Of a stretch of DNA of 64,000 nucleotides, positions 1 through 12,143 are shown piece after piece. Positions within the stretch are counted from its first letter, which is position 1. Every line of letters begins with the position of its first letter. Origin of the DNA: Bacteroidaceae bacterium. Its GTDB lineage: Bacteria; Actinomycetota; Coriobacteriia; Coriobacteriales; Coriobacteriaceae. The notes under the pieces were generated by a model. It made no database searches. It was not told the origin of the DNA and was given only the letters and a program-made list of their open reading frames with translations. A program made the translations under genes and the position numbers. The stretch is from the NCBI GenBank assembly GCA_963630805.1, contig CAVGNZ010000051.1, forward strand, positions 43,255 to 107,254, written 5' to 3'.

Positions 1-2
1 GC

Positions 3-401
3 GTGGGCCAGCAGTCCATGGGCGCCATCATGCCCGAGCTCTGCCGCCAGGCCTCTACGCGCGAGCGCGTGGCGGACGCCGCGGCCTCGGCCACGCAGAA
101 GGTGAAGGTCGCCCAGTTCTACGCCGAGCGCATCGGCGAGCGCTTCGCGGGCACCGTGGTCTGGATTGATACCATGGGCATGTTCGTGCGCCTGGACGAG
201 ACGGGCGCCGAGGGCCTGGTGCGCATGAAGGCGCTGGGCGGTGGCGAGTGGTGGGACTTCGATGAGCCTCGCATGATGCTCATCGGCGAGGAGACGGGCC
301 GGCTCATCCGCATGGGCCAGCGCGTGATTGTGGAGCTTGCCCGTACTGATGCGGTGCGAGGGCACGTGGACTTCAAGCTCGTCCAGATACTGGGCATATA
401 G
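3..401 (+). CDS. rnr: Ribonuclease R, C-terminal fragment (S1 RNA-binding domain); 5' end lies outside the window
   Basis: The ORF runs off the left edge. It has an S1/OB-like string GTVVWIDTMGMFVRLDETGAEGLVRMKAL. smpB lies about 1 kb downstream, which is the common rnr-smpB synteny. Confidence 0.6.
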   Translation: MGQQSMGAIMPELCRQASTRERVADAAASATQKVKVAQFYAERIGERFAGTVVWIDTMGMFVRLDETGAEGLVRMKALGGGEWWDFDEPRMMLIGEETGRLIRMGQRVIVELARTDAVRGHVDFKLVQILGI

Positions 402-430
402 GCTACACTGGTAGCCTGAAAAACCGAGCA

Positions 431-1360
431 TTGGGAGGAACCGTGGAAGAGGCCCCTATCTCTCTTCAAGATATCGAGTACGCCGAGACCTATCTGGCGG
501 CGGGCGACCTGTCTGCCGCGCAGCAGATGCTCGCGCGCTATATCGAGCTTGCCGAGGAGTACATCGTCGAGAACTGCGAGTCTACGGACAAGGTGCAGTA
601 CTTTAGCTTTGCCGACCCGTTCGAGCGCCTGTGCTATCGCCGGGTGGAGCGCGACCCGCGCCAGCTTGTGCAGGTGGACGTGCCGTTTGATCGCCTGTAC
701 TCAGACATGGCCTTTGTCTATATCCGCGAGCAGGAGTACGAGTCTGCCCGCGATGCGCTCATCCAGGCCGTGCGCTGGGATCCCATGAACTGCAACTACC
801 GTCTGGACCTGGCGGAGCTCTTCCGCGCGCTGGGCGACGTGCAGGAGTGGGCGGCCCTTTCCAACTCCGTGCTCGAGCGTGCTTCAGACGCTCGCGTCGC
901 GGCTCGCGCCTACGCCAACCTGGGCCAGCTCTTTTTGGACCAGGGCAACCCGAGCGCGGCCTCGGCCTGCGCCCGCCTGGCTCAGCGCCTGGCCCCGACC
1001 GACCCGCGCACCGGCAAGCTTTTGGACCGCATGGCCAAAGAGCAGCCCGAGGCGGCGCAGGAGACCGACGACCACGTGATGGGCGAGCTCTCGCTGCAGG
1101 GAATCCCCACGAGCCCCTCTGCCGATGTGGCCGTGTGCCTGCTCATGTGCGCGACCGATGCCGCCTCTGCGGGCGACACCAACGCGGCGACCGACTACAC
1201 CGTGCGCGCCAACGGGCTGATCGGCAAGGAGGCATGCGCTGCGCTCATCAAGCTGATCCGCGAGTCCGACGAGGAGCTCGCTGCCGAGAAGGATTCCGCT
1301 GCCGGCGCCGACTCCGACTCCGCCGGGGCGGACGCTGTGGAAGTCACGGAGGGGGAGTAG
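431..1360 (+). CDS. Hypothetical protein with TPR-like helical repeats and an acidic Ala/Asp/Ser-rich tail
   Basis: It is the only long sense ORF between rnr and smpB. TPR-like strings include YANLGQLFLDQGNPSAASACARLAQRLAP. A GGGAGGA Shine-Dalgarno at 433-439 suggests GTG 443 may be the real start. Confidence 0.55.
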   Translation: MGGTVEEAPISLQDIEYAETYLAAGDLSAAQQMLARYIELAEEYIVENCESTDKVQYFSFADPFERLCYRRVERDPRQLVQVDVPFDRLYSDMAFVYIREQEYESARDALIQAVRWDPMNCNYRLDLAELFRALGDVQEWAALSNSVLERASDARVAARAYANLGQLFLDQGNPSAASACARLAQRLAPTDPRTGKLLDRMAKEQPEAAQETDDHVMGELSLQGIPTSPSADVAVCLLMCATDAASAGDTNAATDYTVRANGLIGKEACAALIKLIRESDEELAAEKDSAAGADSDSAGADAVEVTEGE

Positions 1361-1363
1361 GCC

Positions 1364-1834
1364 ATGCCCTCCAAGCGAGACTACAAGCTCATCTCCAAGA
1401 ACCGCTCGGCGCACCACGAGTACTTTATCGACGAGACCTTTGAGTGCGGCGTGGAGCTCTCCGGCGCCGAGGTGAAGAGCATCCGCGAGCGCGCGTGCCA
1501 GATCACCGACACCTTTGCGCTGATCCGCCAGGGGGAGTGCTGGCTGGTGGGCGTGCATATCCACCCGTACTCCAACGGCGGCGTGTGGAACCGCGACCCG
1601 GATCGTCGCCGCAAGCTTCTGCTCCATCGCAAGGAGATTGACTACCTGGACGGCAAGCTGCGCAACCGCGGCTATGCCCTGGTGCCGCTGGAGCTCTACT
1701 TTAACGAGCAGGGCCGCGTAAAGCTCAAGCTGGGCCTCGGCCGTGGCAAGAAGCTCTACGACAAGCGCGAGGACATGGCCAAGCGCGACGTTCAGCGCGA
1801 GATCGAGCGCGCCCTCAAGAGCCGCAGCCGTTAG
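1364..1834 (+). CDS. smpB: SsrA-binding protein SmpB
   Basis: Full-length match to the SmpB pattern: KLISKNRSAHHEYFIDETFECGVELSGAEVKSIR ... RRKLLLHRKEI ... GYALVPLELYF. Confidence 0.95.
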   Translation: MPSKRDYKLISKNRSAHHEYFIDETFECGVELSGAEVKSIRERACQITDTFALIRQGECWLVGVHIHPYSNGGVWNRDPDRRRKLLLHRKEIDYLDGKLRNRGYALVPLELYFNEQGRVKLKLGLGRGKKLYDKREDMAKRDVQREIERALKSRSR

Positions 1835-2090
1835 GGCTGCCGAGCCGGACGTGCGGACGTGTGCCCGCAAGCATTCGCTTGCCTGTTTGACGTCCGCCCG
1901 CCCGTTCGGAGCCCGCCTGGCTGCCCGCGCCTTTCCGTCCGCCCCGCATCTGCGTTATCTGTCGTGCGCGCGTTACGCGTCTGTTACGAAATCGCGGCGA
2001 AACAAAGAGCGCCCCTCCACGCCGTACCATGAAACACCCGCGCTTTATCGCGCTGGAGCTTGTGAGTACACGTTACCGGGGAGGTAAACG

Positions 2091-5000
2091 ATGCAGGAGC
2101 AGACCTTGTCCGCAGACCCTGCGCAGTGCGAGCGTGACGCCGCACCGCGAGGGCTGTATCGTCCGGAGTTCGAACACGACGCATGCGGCATCGGCGCGCT
2201 TGCGAACCTTCATGGACAAAAGAGCCATCAGATCCTGGACGACGCCCTGTCGGTCCTGGTGAACCTTGAGCACCGTGGCGGCACGGGCCTGGAGAAGAAC
2301 ACCGGCGACGGCGCCGGCATCCTGTTCCAGGTGCCGCACCACTTCTTCCGCAAAGAGGCGCAGAAGTGCGGCCAGATCCTGCCCGCCGAGGGAGACTACG
2401 GCGTGGCGATGCTGTTCTTCCCGCAGGACGAGCGCGGCGTGGCCGATGCCCGTCGTGTCTTTGAGGAGGGCTGCGCCGAGGCCGGTGTGCCCCTGCTGTT
2501 CTGGCGCCGCGTGCCGGTGGACCCGCACGACCTGGGCGAGACGGCCCGCGCATGCATGCCCACCATCCTGCAGGCGTTCCTGGGCCGCCCCGAGGGCGTT
2601 GAGTCCGGCGACGACTTTGAGCGCCGTCTGTACGTGTGCCGCCGCACCGTGGAGAAGCGTGCCGACGCCGAGCACGCGCTTGGCGGCAAGATCTTCTACG
2701 TGTGCTCGATGAGCTCGCGCACCATCGTGTACAAGGGCATGCTCGTGGCCACGCAGATGCGCCGCTTCTTTACCGACCTGAACGACGCTGCGGTCAAGAC
2801 GGCCGTCGCGCTCGTGCACTCGCGCTACTCCACCAACACCACGCCCAGCTGGGAGCGTGCACACCCCAACCGCTACATCATCCACAACGGCGAGATCAAC
2901 ACGCTCAAGGGCAACGTGAACTGGATCCGCGCCCGCGAACCGAACCTCTACTCGCCGATCCTGCAGCACGACCTCGAGCGTGTGCTGCCCATCATCAACC
3001 GCGAGGGCTCCGACTCCGCGATCCTCGACAACGTGCTCGAGTTTTTGGTCATGAACGGCCGCTCCATGACGCGCGCCGCCTCGATGCTTCTGCCCGAGCC
3101 CTGGGACCACAACGAGAACCTCTCCGAGGCCCGTCGCGCCTACGATGCCTACCAGTCCATGCTCATGGAGCCCTGGGACGGCCCGGCCGCCATCGCGTTC
3201 AGCGACGGCCGCACGCTGGGTGCCGCGCTCGACCGCAACGGCCTGCGCCCCGCCCGCTACTACGTGACGCGCGATGACCGCTTCCTGCTCTCCTCCGAGG
3301 TGGGCACCATCGAGATCGAGCCCTCCAACGTGCTCACGGCCGGCTGCCTGGGCCCGGGCGAGATGCTCGAGGTCGACTTCTCGCAGGGCCGTGTGATCTA
3401 CAACGACGAGATCCGCCGCGCCTTTGCCATGCAGAAGCCCTATCGCGACTGGATCGCCGACGAGACGCTCGACGTGGACGATCTGGACGAGGCCACCTCG
3501 CCCGCGCCCGCCGAGGACGCCGAGGTTCCCACCGTTGTGCGCATGGCCCGTCTGGGCTACCACTGGGACGACGTGGACGAGGTCGTGCGCCCCATGGCGC
3601 AGGCCGGCAAGGTGCCTTTGGCCTCTATGGGCATCGACGCGCCGCTCGCCGTGCTCTCCAAGAAGAACCGCTCGTTCTTCGACTACTTCTACCAGCTCTT
3701 CGCGCAGGTTACCAACCCGCCTATCGACGCTTTGCGCGAGAACTTCGTGACCTCCACCAAGCTCTACCTGGGCAACCACGGCAACCTTTTGGAGGACTCC
3801 CGCAACGCCTGCCAGCTCGTGCGCCTGCCGCGCCCGCTGCTGGACCGCAAGCAGTTCGAGGCCATCTGCGCCATCGACCGTGTGGGCTTCAAGACGGCGC
3901 GCTTCCGTGCCGTGTACCGCCGCGATGCGGGCGAGGGCGCCCTTGAGGCCGCGCTCGATGCGCTGGCGGCTGACGTTGAGGCTGCCGTGCGCGACGGCGC
4001 GAACATCGTGGTGCTCTCCGATCGCGCGGCGGCCGGCGAGGTGCCCATCCCGTCGCTTCTGGCCACCGGCGCCGTGCACAACCACCTGATCCGCGCGGGC
4101 GTGCGTACCTTCGCCGATCTGGTGATCGAGTGCGGCGACGCTCTGAGCGCGCACGACTTCGCGACGCTCGTGGGCTACTCCGCCAGCGGCATCTACCCCT
4201 ACATGGCGCACGACTGCATCGAGGCGCTCGCCGAGCGCGGCGACCTGGACGTCACCGCCGAGGAGGGCATCGCCAACTACAACCGCGCCGTCACGGCGGG
4301 CATCGTCTCCATCATGTCCAAGATGGGCATCTCCACGGTGCAGAGCTACCACTCCGCGCAGATCTTCGAGGCCGTGGGCTTTAACGACGAGTTCATCGAG
4401 AAGTACTTTGCGGGCACCGTCTCGCGCGTGGGCGGCATGGGTGTTGCCGACGTGCAGCGCGAGGAGAACAAGCGCTACGACGACGCGCTCGCCATCCTCA
4501 AGACGGCGGCTCCCAACCAGCTGCCTACGCTCGGCCTGACCAAGTGGCGCCCGGTTACCGGTGAGGATCACCTGATCGACCCGCAGACCATCTACCTGCT
4601 GCAGAAGGCCTGCCAGCAGGGCGACTACGACATCTTCCGCGAGTACAGCGACATGGTGCACCGTCCCGGCCGCGCCGTTCGCCTGCGCGACCTGCTCGAC
4701 TTCGACGCGAGCGGCCGCGCCCCGGTCGCGCTCGAGGAGGTGGAGAGCGCGCGCGAGATCGTGCGCCGCTTCAACACCGGCGCCATGAGCTTCGGCTCCA
4801 TCAGCCGCGAGGCCCACGAGTGCATGGCCATCGCCATGAACCGCCTGCACGGCCGCTCCAACTCGGGCGAGGGCGGCGAGGACCCCACCCGCGAGACGCC
4901 GCTTCCCAACGGCGACTCCAAGAACTCCGCCATCAAGCAGATCGCTTCGGGCCGCTTTGGCGTGACGAGCCGCTATCTGTGCTCGGCCGTCGAGCTGCAG

Positions 5001-6788
5001 ATCAAGATGGCTCAGGGCGCCAAGCCCGGCGAGGGCGGCCACCTGCCCGGCAAGAAGGTCTACCCCTGGATCGCCGAGGTGCGCCAGTCCACGCCCGGCA
5101 TCGGCCTCATCTCGCCTCCGCCTCACCACGACATCTACTCCATCGAGGACCTGGCCGAGCTGATCTTTGACCTCAAGAACGCCAATCCCGGCGCGCGCGT
5201 CTCGGTCAAGCTCTGCTCTGAGGCCGGCGTGGGCACCATCGCCACCGGCGTCGCCAAGGGCGCGGCCAACAAGATCTTGATCTCTGGCCACAACGGCGGC
5301 ACCGGCGCCGCCCCGCGCGACTCCATCTGGCACGCGGGCCTGCCGCTGGAGCTCGGCCTTGCCGAGGCCCAGCAGACACTGCTGCAAAACGGCCTGCGCT
5401 CCCGCGTGGTGCTCGAGGCCGACGGCAAGCTCATGGACGGTACCGACGTGGCCGTGGCGTGTCTTCTGGGCGCCGAGGAGTTCGGCTTTGCCACCATGCC
5501 GCTCATCACCATGGGCTGCCTGATGCAGCGCGACTGCCAACAGGACACCTGCCCGGCCGGCATCGCCACGCAGAACTGCCGCCTGCGCCGCGGCTTCAAG
5601 GGCAAGCCGGAGTACGTAGAGAACTTCATGCTGTTCGTGGCCGAGCAGATGCGCGAGGTCATGGCGCGCCTGGGCTTCCGCACCGTCGATGAGATGGTGG
5701 GTCACCCCGAGTGCCTGCGTCAGGTTGAGGTTCCGGGCAACTGGAAGGCCAACCTGCTCGATCTCTCCGCTGTGCTCGCTCCTGGCGAGTGCACCTTCGG
5801 TGCGCATATCGAGGGCGCCGACGGGCGTCACTATCTGCCCGAGATGGCTGCCGACTCCGCGCTCGAGCGCACACTCGACTCCACGCTGTTCGTACCGTTC
5901 ACGGCCGATGCCCGCGCGCATCTGCGCCCGGTGCACTTCCGCGCCGATATTGCCAACGTCAACCGCTGCGTGGGCACGATCCTGGGCAGCGAGGTCACCC
6001 GTGCGCACCCCGAGGGCCTGCCCGAGGGCTCCATCACCATCGACTGCGACGGTTCGGCCGGCCAGAGCTTCGGCGCCTTCCTGCCGGCGGGCATCACGCT
6101 GAACGTGCGCGGCGACGCGAACGACTACTTTGGCAAGGGCCTTTCCGGCGGCATCGTCTCGGTGTTCCCCAACGAGACCGCTACCTACAAGTTCGACGAG
6201 AATATCATCGTGGGCAACGTGGCTTTCTTTGGCGCCACTTCGGGCCGCGGCTTTATCAACGGCCTGGCCGCCCAGCGCTTCGCCGTGCGCAACTCCGGCG
6301 CCACGGTGGTTGTGGAGGGCTGCGGCAACCACGGCTGCGAGTACATGACGGGCGGTACCGCCCTGGTGCTCGGCGAGGTGGGCCAGAACTTCGCGGCCGG
6401 CATGACCGGCGGCGTGGCCTACGTCTTTGACGAGTACGGCACGCTGGCATCGCGCTGCAACATGGAGAGCGTCGAGCTCAAGAAGCCCACCGAGGCCGAC
6501 CTGGCGCTGATCCGCGAGCTGATCGAGGAGCACGTGCGCTACACGGCGAGCCCGCGCGGCATCAAGCTGCTCTATCGCTTTGCGCTGCTCTCGCGCCACT
6601 TTGTGAAGGTGATCCCCACCGAGTACGAGCGCGTGCTCAAGATCGTGGCCGACGCCGAGCGTGCGGGCAAGTCGCACGCCGAGGCCGAAGAGATCGCGTT
6701 CGAGACCGTTACCCGCGGGGCCGCCGCACCGGCGCCTGCCCCCGCTCCCTGCGCCGCGTGCGCTACGACCGAGAAGGAGGCCTGCTAA
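2091..6788 (+). CDS. gltB: Glutamate synthase large subunit
   Basis: 1565 aa. Ntn-amidotransferase Cys in CGIGALANL, FMN/Fe-S central domain, SGHNGGTGAAP motif and a GXGXG C-terminal domain. GGAGG lies 6 nt upstream of the ATG. Confidence 0.97.
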   Translation: MQEQTLSADPAQCERDAAPRGLYRPEFEHDACGIGALANLHGQKSHQILDDALSVLVNLEHRGGTGLEKNTGDGAGILFQVPHHFFRKEAQKCGQILPAEGDYGVAMLFFPQDERGVADARRVFEEGCAEAGVPLLFWRRVPVDPHDLGETARACMPTILQAFLGRPEGVESGDDFERRLYVCRRTVEKRADAEHALGGKIFYVCSMSSRTIVYKGMLVATQMRRFFTDLNDAAVKTAVALVHSRYSTNTTPSWERAHPNRYIIHNGEINTLKGNVNWIRAREPNLYSPILQHDLERVLPIINREGSDSAILDNVLEFLVMNGRSMTRAASMLLPEPWDHNENLSEARRAYDAYQSMLMEPWDGPAAIAFSDGRTLGAALDRNGLRPARYYVTRDDRFLLSSEVGTIEIEPSNVLTAGCLGPGEMLEVDFSQGRVIYNDEIRRAFAMQKPYRDWIADETLDVDDLDEATSPAPAEDAEVPTVVRMARLGYHWDDVDEVVRPMAQAGKVPLASMGIDAPLAVLSKKNRSFFDYFYQLFAQVTNPPIDALRENFVTSTKLYLGNHGNLLEDSRNACQLVRLPRPLLDRKQFEAICAIDRVGFKTARFRAVYRRDAGEGALEAALDALAADVEAAVRDGANIVVLSDRAAAGEVPIPSLLATGAVHNHLIRAGVRTFADLVIECGDALSAHDFATLVGYSASGIYPYMAHDCIEALAERGDLDVTAEEGIANYNRAVTAGIVSIMSKMGISTVQSYHSAQIFEAVGFNDEFIEKYFAGTVSRVGGMGVADVQREENKRYDDALAILKTAAPNQLPTLGLTKWRPVTGEDHLIDPQTIYLLQKACQQGDYDIFREYSDMVHRPGRAVRLRDLLDFDASGRAPVALEEVESAREIVRRFNTGAMSFGSISREAHECMAIAMNRLHGRSNSGEGGEDPTRETPLPNGDSKNSAIKQIASGRFGVTSRYLCSAVELQIKMAQGAKPGEGGHLPGKKVYPWIAEVRQSTPGIGLISPPPHHDIYSIEDLAELIFDLKNANPGARVSVKLCSEAGVGTIATGVAKGAANKILISGHNGGTGAAPRDSIWHAGLPLELGLAEAQQTLLQNGLRSRVVLEADGKLMDGTDVAVACLLGAEEFGFATMPLITMGCLMQRDCQQDTCPAGIATQNCRLRRGFKGKPEYVENFMLFVAEQMREVMARLGFRTVDEMVGHPECLRQVEVPGNWKANLLDLSAVLAPGECTFGAHIEGADGRHYLPEMAADSALERTLDSTLFVPFTADARAHLRPVHFRADIANVNRCVGTILGSEVTRAHPEGLPEGSITIDCDGSAGQSFGAFLPAGITLNVRGDANDYFGKGLSGGIVSVFPNETATYKFDENIIVGNVAFFGATSGRGFINGLAAQRFAVRNSGATVVVEGCGNHGCEYMTGGTALVLGEVGQNFAAGMTGGVAYVFDEYGTLASRCNMESVELKKPTEADLALIRELIEEHVRYTASPRGIKLLYRFALLSRHFVKVIPTEYERVLKIVADAERAGKSHAEAEEIAFETVTRGAAAPAPAPAPCAACATTEKEAC

Positions 6789-6790
6789 CC

Positions 6791-8269
<1,479 letters not shown>

Positions 8270-8321
8270 GCTCAGCCCTAGGAGCCCGCTTTCCGGGGCT
8301 CCAACCCTTACGCCTCCCTGA

Positions 8322-8364
8322 GCGCCCCCGCATGCGAGTCACATTGCATGCGGGGGCGCTCTTT
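8322..8364. terminator. Bidirectional intrinsic terminator between convergent gltD and the PucR-family gene
   Basis: Perfect 14-bp stem gcgcccccgcatgc / gcatgcgggggcgc (8322-8335 and 8346-8359), followed by tcttt. Confidence 0.7.
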
Positions 8365-8385
8365 ACGTTTGTGCAAACATGTCTG

Positions 8386-9951
8386 CTATGACATATCAAA
8401 CGGCAGCCGATGCTGCATGCGCAGGATGCAGAAGGTGATCTGGATATTCGTTATGGTCTGCGCGTCGTGCAGATCGCAGTCCATGATCTCGCGTATGCGC
8501 TCCAGGCGGTAGTACAGCGTGTTCTTGTGGATAAACAGCAGCGCTGCCACCTCGGCGGGTTTGTTTGGGCGGAGAAGGTGCTCGTAGAGCGTGCGTGTGA
8601 GATTCGAGCCCTCCTGCTCGTCATGGTCCAGCAGACGCATGACCGGAGGAAAGCAGCTCAGTTCGAGCACGTCGCCATCGCTTACGTTGAGCAGCAGGTC
8701 AAAGAGGCGCCAACGAGTATACGTCGCGACCTTTTCCGTTGAGCTCAGATGCGCTGCGGCTGCCAGCGCGTGCTTTGCCTGCGTGAGGTGCATGGGCGTT
8801 GAGTGCGGATCGATAAACACCTCGCTCATGCCCATGCGCGCGCTTGTCCCCTTGAGTACCTGCGCGATCGCCGCCTTGTCGCATGGGGCCTCATCGTGCG
8901 GCTCGTCGGCAGAGGCGAGATAGGTCACGCCCGTCTGGTTTACCGTGTAGATGCTGTTGGGGATATGAGCGTGTACGCGCTGCGCCAGCAGCTGCAGCTG
9001 TTCGAGCGGCAGGAACTCCTGGGAGACATCGATAAAGAGAATGTGCATGTAGGGGCGCAGACGGTAGCCGAACAGCGAAAAGTTGGCCTTGATCTGTTCA
9101 AGATCGCGCGAAAGCGTGCCCTCCTGCATCTGTTGGAACAGGTGAGCGTAATACAGCGTTTTGTTGAGCAGGAAGGAATCGCTGCGCTGCATCTGGATCG
9201 AGAGGATCTGCGCGATGGCAGGCATCATGTCCATGCGGCTCTTTTTGAGATGGCCTCCCTTGGTGAGAAAACTGATGGAGCCCACGATGGTGTCTTGGCT
9301 GTGGATGAGCGCGAAGTGGTTGGTGTAGACCTGCCCGTCGTCGCCGGTCCAGTCAAAGATAAACAGGTCAAAGGGCTTTTTGGGGTTGATGAGCCCCTTG
9401 GCCTTAAGGAGCGGCCAGGCGTCATCGGGAAGGGTCTTGGAAGCGTTTTCCTGACCATGCGCCACAAAGAAGGGAAAGTTCTCTGAGACGGCCAGAAAGC
9501 CCATGGCATTGTCCATAACCGAGGCCGGGGCGCCGATGATGCGCGCGGCGTCGTTCACCACGTGCTCCAGCGTTGCGCCGCGGTTCACGAGCTCGGTGAG
9601 CTTGAGGATCTCGACCTTGCAGCGCTCCACATGGCGAAACTGCGAGGCAAAGTGCTCGAGTACGAGCATCCATTCCTGGGGCGACTTGACGAGCGCGACG
9701 TAGGTGGGCGAGGGCACCGGCTTGAGCGGCGTATCGATCAACAGGAAGAACGCGCGGCCGCGGCACAGCTCCTCGGGCAGTTTGTTGAACAGGGTCGCCT
9801 GCGCGAAGTAGATGACGCCCGGCTCGTTCAAGGCTTCTGTAGCAGAGGCGCCAAGCACCGACACGCCGTTGAATTCTTGGGCTGCGATATTGTCTTGGAG
9901 CACACTGATTGTGTCAGGGTCCAGTTCTTCGACAAGTTCGCTTAAGAGCAT
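8386..9951 (-). CDS. PucR/CdaR-family transcriptional regulator
   Basis: C-terminal PucR-type HTH: PAEVAALLFIHKNTLYYRLERIREIMDCDL. I chose the ATG at 9951, preceded by AGAGGGAG. The longer track ORF extends into the divergent promoter region. Confidence 0.85.
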   Translation of the reverse strand: MLLSELVEELDPDTISVLQDNIAAQEFNGVSVLGASATEALNEPGVIYFAQATLFNKLPEELCRGRAFFLLIDTPLKPVPSPTYVALVKSPQEWMLVLEHFASQFRHVERCKVEILKLTELVNRGATLEHVVNDAARIIGAPASVMDNAMGFLAVSENFPFFVAHGQENASKTLPDDAWPLLKAKGLINPKKPFDLFIFDWTGDDGQVYTNHFALIHSQDTIVGSISFLTKGGHLKKSRMDMMPAIAQILSIQMQRSDSFLLNKTLYYAHLFQQMQEGTLSRDLEQIKANFSLFGYRLRPYMHILFIDVSQEFLPLEQLQLLAQRVHAHIPNSIYTVNQTGVTYLASADEPHDEAPCDKAAIAQVLKGTSARMGMSEVFIDPHSTPMHLTQAKHALAAAAHLSSTEKVATYTRWRLFDLLLNVSDGDVLELSCFPPVMRLLDHDEQEGSNLTRTLYEHLLRPNKPAEVAALLFIHKNTLYYRLERIREIMDCDLHDAQTITNIQITFCILRMQHRLPFDMS

Positions 9952-10189
9952 GAGCACTCCCTCTTTGAGCTGCGGTTTGATTAGAAGTATACAGGTTACT
10001 GCGCAAAAAGAACGTAAAACACCCCGTATGTTTGACACACCGTTCATGTCCAGATGGCTGCCGTTTGCGCGTAGGTGCACGAGGATGCTTTGTATCGCAG
10101 TCCAATGCGCATGGGGAAGAGCAGCCCGATACTTCAAGCCATGGAACAACCGGGGCGAGGCTCCGGAACAACTCACGAGAGGAGTTTTC

Positions 10190-11995
10190 ATGGCCGAAGA
10201 GGAGTACAAGGGCATCTACAAGAAGATGACCTTTGACGGCGAGGAGTTCGAGGTGCCCTTTGCCAAGGGCAACCCCGGCAAGTCCCGCGAGGAGCTTGAG
10301 GAGATCAAGCGCCGTCTGGCCGAGGATCCCGAGGCCGGCGACGGCGAGATGGTCGCCACCATGGGCTTCTGCGCCAAGTACAACCCGCACACCTACATGA
10401 CCAACATCGACGGCATCATGTGCGAGCGCGACGTGGCCTGCGTTCTGCGCGATGGCACCACCATCTACGCGGACGTCTACCGTCCCGCCAACACCACCCA
10501 GAAGGTGCCCGTCATCTGCGTCTTCGCCCCGTTTGGCAAGAACCCTTCCGAGGGCATGGACTCCTGGCAGCTCATGGGCGTGCCGCCTAAGACCGTCTCC
10601 GAGTACGCCAAGTTCGAGGCGCCCGACCCCGGCTACTGGTGCCACTACGGTTACGCGGTGGCCAACGTCGACCCGCGCGGCGTGGGCAACTCCGAGGGCG
10701 ACGTGTACCTGTGGGGCTCCCAGGACGCCCAGGACGGCTATGACTTCATCGAGTGGATCACCGCTCAGGAGTGGTGCAACGGCCACGCCACGATGATCGG
10801 CAACTCCGGCGTCTGCATGGCCCACTGGCGCATCGCGGCCCAGCGTCCGCCGCACCTGTCCTGCCTTGCCGCCTGGGAGGGTCAGGGTGACCTCTACCGC
10901 GAGTCCTACTTCTGCGGCGGTATCCCCAACCCCGACTACGAGACCCACATCATCCAGGCGCTCGCCGTCAACAACTACATCGAGGACACCCCCAAGATGG
11001 TGGCCGAGAACCCGCTGATGAACGCCTACTACAAGGACAAGATCGTCGACTGGAACAAGATTCGCATCCCGACCTACGTCACCGCCGGCTGGGTGCACCA
11101 TCACCTGCGCGGCGCCTTCGAGGGCTTCCGTCGCATCCGTTCGCCCAAGAAGTGGATGCGCGCCCACCGCGACTTCGAGTGGCCCGACACCTACACCCCG
11201 GCGAACCTCGACGACGTGCGTCGCTTCTTCGACCGCTATTGCAAAGAGATCCACAACGGCTGGGAGATGACCCCGCGTGTGCGCATCGACGTCATGGACG
11301 CCTATGACTACGACTACGCCTCCAAGCGCGCCGAGGACACCTTCCCGCTCAAGCGCACCGAGTACAAGAAGCTCTATCTCGACGCTGCCAACGGCGAGGC
11401 CGGCTTCGAGGAGTACGCCAACGAGGCCGAGGTCGTCTACGACCCCAAGACCGAGACCACCACGTTCACCTACGAGTTCACCGAGGACACCGAGATCACC
11501 GGTTTCATGAAGCTGCACCTGAACGTCGAGTGCCGCGGCTACGACAACATGGACCTGTTCCCCTGGGTCATCAAGCTCGATCACGAGGGCAACTACGTGC
11601 CCATCCGCGTCATGGGTAACCCCTTCCGCGGCGCCTGGGGCTTCCTGCGCTGCAGCCACCGCGACCTCGATCCCAAGTACGCATCCGACTTCCAGCCCGT
11701 GCACAGCCACGAGAAGGAGGAGCGCATGCAGCCCGGCGAGATCGTGCCCGTGGACGTCGAGATGTACCCGCACTCCCGCTTCTGGCACAAGGGCGAGAAG
11801 CTCCAGGTGGTCATCGCCGGCCGCTTTATCAAGACCGAGTGGTTCCATGACAACGACATGAACCACAAGACCGACAACGGCGACGGTATGCACGTCATCC
11901 ACACCGGCGGCGAGCACCAGTCCTATCTGCAGATCCCCGTTGTTCCGCCTAAGTACCAGGTGGGCGACTACATCTGGCGCGGTGACTGCTGCTAG
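10190..11995 (+). CDS. CocE/NonD-family serine hydrolase (X-Pro dipeptidyl-peptidase / alpha-amino-acid ester hydrolase fold)
   Basis: Family strings: YGYAVANVDPRGVGNSEGD, DGYDFIEWITAQEWCNGHATMIGNSGVCMAHW (nucleophile elbow GNSG) and a C-terminal jelly-roll region. ATG at 10190 follows GAGAGGAG. Confidence 0.8.
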   Translation: MAEEEYKGIYKKMTFDGEEFEVPFAKGNPGKSREELEEIKRRLAEDPEAGDGEMVATMGFCAKYNPHTYMTNIDGIMCERDVACVLRDGTTIYADVYRPANTTQKVPVICVFAPFGKNPSEGMDSWQLMGVPPKTVSEYAKFEAPDPGYWCHYGYAVANVDPRGVGNSEGDVYLWGSQDAQDGYDFIEWITAQEWCNGHATMIGNSGVCMAHWRIAAQRPPHLSCLAAWEGQGDLYRESYFCGGIPNPDYETHIIQALAVNNYIEDTPKMVAENPLMNAYYKDKIVDWNKIRIPTYVTAGWVHHHLRGAFEGFRRIRSPKKWMRAHRDFEWPDTYTPANLDDVRRFFDRYCKEIHNGWEMTPRVRIDVMDAYDYDYASKRAEDTFPLKRTEYKKLYLDAANGEAGFEEYANEAEVVYDPKTETTTFTYEFTEDTEITGFMKLHLNVECRGYDNMDLFPWVIKLDHEGNYVPIRVMGNPFRGAWGFLRCSHRDLDPKYASDFQPVHSHEKEERMQPGEIVPVDVEMYPHSRFWHKGEKLQVVIAGRFIKTEWFHDNDMNHKTDNGDGMHVIHTGGEHQSYLQIPVVPPKYQVGDYIWRGDCC

Positions 11996-12091
11996 GCAGG
12001 CACCCGTGCACCCGGGGGCGGACACGCGCCGCTCCCGGCGGGGTCGCTCCACGTGGACCCCGTACCCGCTCGAATCCGAGCGTATCCGCTA

Positions 12092-12133
12092 GGCGGGAGG
12101 TCTCTCCTCTCTCTGCGCCTCCCGCCCTCTTTT
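12092..12133 (+). terminator. Hairpin or attenuator between the hydrolase and MFS genes
   Basis: Stem ggcgggagg / cctcccgcc (12092-12100 and 12118-12126), followed by ctctttt. It overlaps the RBS region of the next gene, so it may be only a partial terminator. Confidence 0.4.
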
Positions 12134-12143
12134 GGGAGTTCAC

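Noticed and set aside
1835-2090. Possible tmRNA (ssrA) gene downstream of smpB
   Set aside because: The spacer is only about 255 nt. It lacks the GGGG... 5' acceptor, a tag-peptide reading frame and a tRNA-like 3' end (T-arm plus ...CCA). ssrA must lie elsewhere.
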